From: Candidatus Latescibacterota bacterium
GTDB taxonomy: Bacteria; Latescibacterota; UBA2968; UBA8231
NCBI GenBank assembly: GCA_965203175.1
Contig: OZ241867.1
Location: forward strand, 3,616,001-3,680,000
Length of the DNA: 64,000 bases
Reading direction: 5' to 3'
A program made the translations under genes and the position numbers. Of the stretch, positions 58,208 to 64,000 are shown one piece after another (the first letter of the stretch is position 1; each line of letters starts with the position of its first letter). The notes under the pieces were generated by a model. The model was not told the DNA's origin. It saw nothing but the letters and a program-made list of their open reading frames with translations, and made no database searches.

Positions 58208-60039
58208 TGGCTTGGTGGATCGGGGCCGTATTTCTTTTGGCCTTGGCGGTCCGCGTCGTCTACACCCTAGAGATCGATGCCAGTCCACTATTCGCCCACC
58301 CAGCGGTGGACTCGCTCACCTATACCCAACATGCCGAGCGCTTGGCGGCCGGCAACTGGCTGGGACGGGGCGATGGCCCATTTTGGCAGCCGCCGCTTTA
58401 TCCCTATCTGCTCGGCGTGCTGAAGACGCTCTTCCCGGGGTCCTTCTTCTACGCCGTGCGTTTGGTCCAGGCGTTGCTTGGTGCCCTGACCTGCGCCCTG
58501 ATCTACTGGCTGGGGCGGCAGGTCGCCCGTCCGGCGGTTGCCGCCGCGGCAGCCGTGGCCACGACCCTGTGTGGCCCGTTGATCTTCTTCGACGGCGAGC
58601 TTTTGCCCGCGTCCCTGGCTACCTTCCTCAATCTGGCCGGCCTCTCCCTTCTCTGGCAGACGCTGCATCGGCCCTCGGGACCTGGCTTTCTGGGCGTCGG
58701 CCTAGTCTTCGGATTGGCCGGACTGGCCGTGCCCACGGTCCTCGCCTTCGTGCCGGTAGCCGCGGCTTGGATCGGGTGGCGGTTGCGCGAGTGGGGCGGA
58801 CGGCGGGCCGCGATCTGGGCTGGGCTCTTCTTGTTGGGCGCTGCCCTGACGATCGCGCCGGTATCCCTGCGCAACGCTGTCATCGGCGGCGACCGCGTCC
58901 TCATCTCCTATAACGCTGGCATAAACTTCTACGTGGGCAACAACCCGGACTACGACAGCACCGTCAATGCGCGGCCCGGTTTGGAGTGGGGCCGCATCGT
59001 GGGCTTGGCCCGCAAGGCAGGCATAGACCGACCGTCCCACCAGTCGCACTTCTTCCTAGCCCGGTCTTGGGACTACATCAGCTCCCAACCCCTCGATCAT
59101 ATCTCACTGCTGGCCCGGAAACTCTTCCTCTTTTGGCACGGAGACGAGATTGGCCGGAACCAAGACATATACTTCTGGCGCAACTACTCGACGGTCCTGG
59201 CGGCGACTCTGTGGAAGGGGGGGATAGCTTTCCCATTCGGGGTCATCGCACCGCTGGCGCTGCTCGGCCTGCTGCTGTCGGGGCGGCGGCAGGAGTTCGT
59301 CCTCTTCGCCGTCTTCGTCGGCGTGTACTGCCTCTCGGTAGTCGCCTTCTTCCCGACGGCCCGCTACCGCGCCCCTCTCCTCCCTCTGATCGCGTTCTTC
59401 GCGACCCTGGGTGCCTGTTGGATCTGGGCCGGCCTCCGGGCTCGGCAGTATGGTCAGGCCGGCCTAGCTTTGGCCGTGGTTGTCGTGTTCGCGGCAGCCG
59501 TCAACCATCGGCTAGCGCCCATGGACATGGCTGGAAACGCGGCGATCCACTACAATTTGGGCACCGCCTTCGGCGAGGTGCGCGAGTTCGAACAGGCGCA
59601 GCGCGAACTGGAGCGGGCCGTGGAGCTGGATTCCACCTACTGGCAGGCTTGGCTCAACCTAGGAAGTGTACTCGGGGTCCGAGGCAACCTGTTAGAAGCG
59701 GCCCGCATCTTCGCGCGGGTCCTGCAGGAATCCCCGGACCAGGCCAAGATCTGGCTCAACTTGGCCCATGCCCGGCGGGCCTTGGGGGAACGGCCAGCAG
59801 CCCTGGCAGCCTACGAGGGGGCCCTGCGGGCCAATCCCCAAGAGCGGGGAGTCTACTTGGAGCTGATAGACTATCACCTGGAGGTAGGCGATGAGAAGGG
59901 GGCCGAGGGGATCTTGGAGCGAGCCGTGACCCATTTGCCCGGCGACGCCGCGCGCCTGCGGCATGTATTCGGATTGGCCCGCGACCGCTACCGGAAGGGG
60001 CGAGGCACTGAGGGCCATACGGATGGAGTGGACCCATGA
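58208..60039 (+). CDS. GT-C (PMT/ArnT, GT39-like) glycosyltransferase fused to C-terminal TPRs (start 58102-58208)
   Basis: LALAVRVVY, VDSLTY, FWQPPLYPYLLG, NFYVGNNP, ARYRAPLLP; TPRs HYNLGTAF, WLNLGSV, WLNLAHA. Confidence 0.85.
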
Positions 60040-60064
60040 AGTTTAAGATGAGGGAGACAGCGGC

Positions 60065-60973
60065 ATGGCTGCGACGATCGGACTGAGCGGCGGCTCCTTC
60101 AGGGGCCTCCTCCTCGACAACGAGGCGAACGCCGACCGCCAGGGGAGCGGCTTCACCCCCCTGTGCCATCTGCGCTACCCGGACCACAACCTCTACCGGG
60201 ACGACGCGGTCGGCCTCAACTTCGAGCACATCATGAACGGCGCGGCGGCCGATGCCGCTCGCTCGATGTTCACCCCTCGGAAGGACCGCTGCCTCCTCCT
60301 CTCCCACGCTCCCGGCGAAGCATCGGTCTGCCATTCGGCCGCGGACTCCTCCTGGGGGATCGAGAGCGAGATGCGCTATTGCCTTGGGCCGGACTGCGTC
60401 GATATGGAGTTCACCGCCCGCCTGACCGACGAACGATGTGCCCCGTTCGGGTACGTCGCCTTTATGTGGGCCTCCTACATGAACCGCACCTGCGGCCGGG
60501 CGATCCATTTCTACGGGACCTGCGAAGGGGAGGAAGGCTGGATCCGCTTCGGCGAAGACCATCCGGACGGCCGCTTCGAGACCGGCACCATCGCCCACAC
60601 CTCGGTTGATCCCCTCCCGTGCGAAGAAGGGGCCGAAACCCTCAACATCGTCGAAGATCCCCGCAAGCGCTTCCTCCTGCCGTTCTACTACGGTCTGGCG
60701 GACGGCGACGGCGACCTGTCGAGCGCGAGCGACCGGATGGTCTATGCGATGATGTTCGATCAGGAGGCACCCATCCGCTTCGCCCTGTGGAACTTCATCC
60801 GGGACGAGCGCGGCCGGCCGGACCCGCACAGCCCGGCCTGGGACTGGCAGTACGTCATCCGTGCCCCAGAGATCGGCCAGACCTACCGCTACCGGGCGCG
60901 GCTCCTATACCGGCCGTTCGTCGATCGGGAAGCGGTGCGGCGGGCGTATGAGGAATGGACAGCCGAACTGTAG
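60065..60973 (+). CDS. Hypothetical protein (possible galactose-mutarotase-like beta-supersandwich)
   Basis: GGAG RBS; GLNFEH, FMWASYM, PAWDWQ; beta-rich. Confidence 0.65.
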   Translation: MAATIGLSGGSFRGLLLDNEANADRQGSGFTPLCHLRYPDHNLYRDDAVGLNFEHIMNGAAADAARSMFTPRKDRCLLLSHAPGEASVCHSAADSSWGIESEMRYCLGPDCVDMEFTARLTDERCAPFGYVAFMWASYMNRTCGRAIHFYGTCEGEEGWIRFGEDHPDGRFETGTIAHTSVDPLPCEEGAETLNIVEDPRKRFLLPFYYGLADGDGDLSSASDRMVYAMMFDQEAPIRFALWNFIRDERGRPDPHSPAWDWQYVIRAPEIGQTYRYRARLLYRPFVDREAVRRAYEEWTAEL

Positions 60974-60984
60974 CGCTTCGACCT

Positions 60985-62871
60985 TCACCACGGCGGGGCC
61001 AGACTCGGCTCGTGGACGAAGCGCTTCATGCCTAGCACGAGTCGGGCCTGGGTGCGCGGCGGCAGAGCCAGCGCGAACGTCTTGCCGCGCACCGGAACGC
61101 GCTGGGATGTCCCGTCGACCTCGACCTCGGTGAACTCGTGTTCTCCCATGCCCCCCGCTTGGATCAGCACCTCCCGGCGCTCCGTCGGGCTTGCGTTCAC
61201 CACGGTCAGTTCGGCCCGGGCGTCGCTCAGCCCCGACACCAGCGCGGCCACGTTGGGCGGAAGTCCCGGACGACGGCGCTGGGCGTCGAAGTGGCGCAGT
61301 CTTGTGACCAGCAGGCCCCCGTTGTAGTGGGGGAGGGGGGCACCCATGGTGAGCTGCACTAGGCCTTCACAGGTAACGGGATTTCGCTGCTGGAAATAGG
61401 CGTCGCCATAGGTGGCCGGGTCCTGCTCGTCCTGCGCCATGAAGTCGAGGCGCGCCTGCACCTGAGCCAGATTGTGTTCGAGGATCCGCTCCGGATACTC
61501 GGGAAACTCGCCGTGCAGGTAGGCCATCCAGCCCCAGTCGTGCCCGCCTTGATCCTTGGTGTGGTGCCACGAGTTGACGGCGAACGGATCACCCGAGTGC
61601 TTGCGGGTCTGCTCGAATCGCCGCGAATCGGATCGGGCCATCGACATGCACCACAGATGGGCGATGTCGGACGGGTACATAGGCATGAACTCGAACCAGC
61701 CATCCTGCTGCAGGGCGGTGCCGTCCTCCTTGCGGATCGGGTACCACATCCACTCGCCCGGCTCGTAGGCGACCAGCCCGGGATCATCGTACTTGTGGGG
61801 CACGTAGAGCTGATCGTCGCGCTCGATCCCGCGGGAAATGAGGCCGTCGATCTGCGACCGCGGAAAGTCCATGTACTCCAGTCGGCGCGTCAGCAGGGCA
61901 CAGTTCTGGGCTGCAACCCCCACGGCCTGCCCCACGCTGTGCCAACCGTGGGGCCAGGCCCAGCCGTAGCTCGACCCATACCACTTGCCGTTGGTGTGTT
62001 CGCCCACGACACCGGAGAGGCCGGCGTTGTCGGGCACGATGCCGCCGTTGGCGTCGGTGCGCTCCATCCAGGCCTCGGTGTATTCCAGGACCCAGTCGCG
62101 GTACTTCCCGTCCGCCGTCAGCAGATAGGCGTTGGCCCCTAGGGTGGTCGCCAGGAGGTTGACCACGGCGTCGCCGCGGCCCATGCGGTCGCGCATGGCC
62201 AGGCCCAGCCGCGCGGCCAACTCGGGACTACCTCGCACCGCCTCGTGATTGGTGCATCCCGGCACGTCGTAGAAGGGCAGGTTGTACCCCTCATAGGGCC
62301 AATGCGGACCTTCCTCGAAGGCCCAGTAGGCCGGCCCTTTGCTGCCGTTTCTCGCGCACCGGATGATCCGGTGTTCCGGGTCGTAGTTGGGCGCTTCTGG
62401 ATCCTCTCCGAGGAACAGCCCGGCGAAGCGCCGGGCCCGCTTGATGTTGGTACCGTTGGTCGGATCGGCCATGCAGAGCATGTAGAACAGGTAGTTGCCC
62501 TCGCCCTGATGGAACCAGTCGTAGCCCGGCTGGTACTCTCGCACCACCATAGGGTAGCCGTGTCCCGTGCCATGCTGGCTCATTTGCTCATTGATGACGT
62601 CGAATTCCCGCTGGGCGTCGGTTAGGAACTGGTCGCTGCCGCCGAGCAGGTAGAAGAGCGGCCAGTTGTGGAAGCTCTCGTAGCAGTCATCCAGCGCGTC
62701 GATGCTCTGGAAGTCGGGACTGGGGGGCCAGAGCAGGCGCCCATCCGGATGGGTGTACCTCTCGAGCGCCTGCGGAGCGGCGTCCTCGATTGCGTCGAAT
62801 AGCTGGCGCTGAAGCAGAGCCCACTTCGGCGGTGTCTGGGCCGATTCGCGCGCCTCTAGGGTGATTGCCAT
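60985..62871 (-). CDS. Conserved hypothetical enzyme, Trp/Tyr/Gly-rich (possible alpha/alpha-toroid hydrolase or lyase)
   Basis: Long ORF with strong codon bias; DDCYESFHNWPLFY, YDWFHQGE, NGGIVPDN, WYGSSYGWAWPHG. Confidence 0.7.
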   Translation of the reverse strand: MAITLEARESAQTPPKWALLQRQLFDAIEDAAPQALERYTHPDGRLLWPPSPDFQSIDALDDCYESFHNWPLFYLLGGSDQFLTDAQREFDVINEQMSQHGTGHGYPMVVREYQPGYDWFHQGEGNYLFYMLCMADPTNGTNIKRARRFAGLFLGEDPEAPNYDPEHRIIRCARNGSKGPAYWAFEEGPHWPYEGYNLPFYDVPGCTNHEAVRGSPELAARLGLAMRDRMGRGDAVVNLLATTLGANAYLLTADGKYRDWVLEYTEAWMERTDANGGIVPDNAGLSGVVGEHTNGKWYGSSYGWAWPHGWHSVGQAVGVAAQNCALLTRRLEYMDFPRSQIDGLISRGIERDDQLYVPHKYDDPGLVAYEPGEWMWYPIRKEDGTALQQDGWFEFMPMYPSDIAHLWCMSMARSDSRRFEQTRKHSGDPFAVNSWHHTKDQGGHDWGWMAYLHGEFPEYPERILEHNLAQVQARLDFMAQDEQDPATYGDAYFQQRNPVTCEGLVQLTMGAPLPHYNGGLLVTRLRHFDAQRRRPGLPPNVAALVSGLSDARAELTVVNASPTERREVLIQAGGMGEHEFTEVEVDGTSQRVPVRGKTFALALPPRTQARLVLGMKRFVHEPSLAPPW

Positions 62872-62930
62872 GGTCTCTCTCTTTCCGTTTTCTTCAGATA
62901 AAGAATACGTCGCGCTGTGCAAGCTCGTCC

Positions 62931-64000
62931 TTAGAGCGCGGCGTTGCCCATCTTCGTCCGCAAGCTGTGCCGGCCTTCCATATGCGCGTGCCAGTCCATG
63001 CCGATCTCCGGTCGCGGCCGGGTCGGTCTGGGCAGCGCATTCGCCTGCTCCGCCACGACCGCCGGCACGCCCACGTCGCTCAGCAACTGCGCCAGATACT
63101 CCATCCGCACCAGCGTCTCGCTCTGGTACAGGCTCATGCCGTCGACCCCTGCCGCGTACTGCCGCGCCGCCAGCGCATAGGTCGGTTGCGGCGCGTAAAA
63201 ACCCGTATTCTCCTCTACCCAGCTCTCAATCAGCCCCTTAGATCCCACACCACCAATGCACAGTTTGCCGTGCTTATGCGCCACCGCTGTGTGGTAGCTG
63301 ACGTGTAAATCCAGATCCTCGCGCGTCAGAGGAAAGGGACTCAACATCAAGCCGTCGACCAGATCCTCCTCGCACCAGCGCTCGCTGTCCAGTCCGTAGG
63401 CCAGCATCAGCCAGCGTGCGTTGGCGGGCACCCGGGCGACGATCGGGCAGCACCGAGCCAATTGGTCCTCCTGAGCGCGCACCGCCCGCCGCAGTTCGGT
63501 CATAAACCCGGTCAGTACGTCGGCCCGGTACTGGAACCACGCCCGGTACTGCTCGAAGTCGTCCGAGTCGATTGCGCGCGGATCCACCCCCGTCTTTGCC
63601 ATAAACGGCTCGACCAGCGCCGGATGGTACAGCAGCATCGGCATCTGCCGGCAGAAATCGAGCACCAACCCGTCGACGCCGATCCTCTGGCACTCGAGCA
63701 AAATATCGATCCGCTCGCGCCGCACCTCCACCAGCGCGTAGCACAGTCGGCTGGCGTCCTCATTGCCTGGCTTGGTCACCTCCCTGAACACCGGATTGTC
63801 CAGCGCTAACTTGGACGTGACCCCTATCCAGTCTGCCCGGCCGTAGTGGCGGTTCATCCCTAGGCGGCCCCAAAGTTGCGCTCCGTGCCTATGGCATAGC
63901 GCCAGCGCATGGCGCAAAGGGCACACCTCGTCCATCACTTTGTGAACGAAGCTCCAGGAGATGCTTCCGACTCGGTCGCCGTTTTCGCACATCCGCGTGA
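62931..64000 (-). CDS. Glycoside-hydrolase-like TIM barrel (GHL10-like), N-terminus outside the window
   Basis: RLGMN, YALVEVRRERIDILLE..GVDGLVLDFCR, WCEEDLVD, GVDGMSLY. Confidence 0.7.
   Translation of the reverse strand, partial: TRMCENGDRVGSISWSFVHKVMDEVCPLRHALALCHRHGAQLWGRLGMNRHYGRADWIGVTSKLALDNPVFREVTKPGNEDASRLCYALVEVRRERIDILLECQRIGVDGLVLDFCRQMPMLLYHPALVEPFMAKTGVDPRAIDSDDFEQYRAWFQYRADVLTGFMTELRRAVRAQEDQLARCCPIVARVPANARWLMLAYGLDSERWCEEDLVDGLMLSPFPLTREDLDLHVSYHTAVAHKHGKLCIGGVGSKGLIESWVEENTGFYAPQPTYALAARQYAAGVDGMSLYQSETLVRMEYLAQLLSDVGVPAVVAEQANALPRPTRPRPEIGMDWHAHMEGRHSLRTKMGNAAL

Noticed and set aside
57579-58913. 444-aa + strand ORF
   Set aside because: Overlaps both the TPR and GT-C genes out of frame; low-complexity Arg/Gly/Pro content

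Overview
GC-rich bacterial chromosomal window from a diderm. The gene content suggests Candidatus Latescibacterota or a related lineage; this is an inference, not a tested assignment. (1) 0.2-12.7 kb: a urea uptake and urease locus (ureD, sigma54 promoter, urtA, porin, urtBCDE, fused ureAB, ureC, ureF, ureG; no ureE). Its urease gamma-beta chain and accessory proteins look plant/fungal-like. (2) 12.7-15.9 kb: a lower-GC islet (XRE-IrrE/ImmA peptidase, PIN-like protein, pentapeptide-repeat protein). (3) 16-33 kb: housekeeping and catabolic genes (short purH, dapA, dapB, ppk1, GlmU-like, amidase, sugar isomerases/dehydrogenases, PP2C). (4) tRNA-Thr(TGT) at 33130-33205, followed by a decayed island containing a fused sensor kinase-response regulator, an orphan GH108 lysozyme cassette and duplicated promoter/terminator motifs. 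(5) 38.6-60 kb: the best candidate for an undescribed system, a tightly coupled cell-envelope operon. It encodes a CBM9-like protein with a SWGxIK tail, three paralogous discoidin-like proteins with FlgD/CHU_C-type C-terminal domains, two paralogous ~950-aa putative outer-membrane proteins with Ca-binding-like Asp/Asn repeats, a PPIase lipoprotein and a DUF6785-like permease. It is flanked by a TPR lipoprotein and a GT-C+TPR glycosyltransferase. (6) 60-64 kb: uncharacterised, probably carbohydrate-active genes. The high-GC block also shows a CCWGG->CTAGG/CCTAG mutational signature. No CRISPR array, rRNA, integrase or transposase was seen. All family assignments come from motif recognition by eye; no database searches were run.
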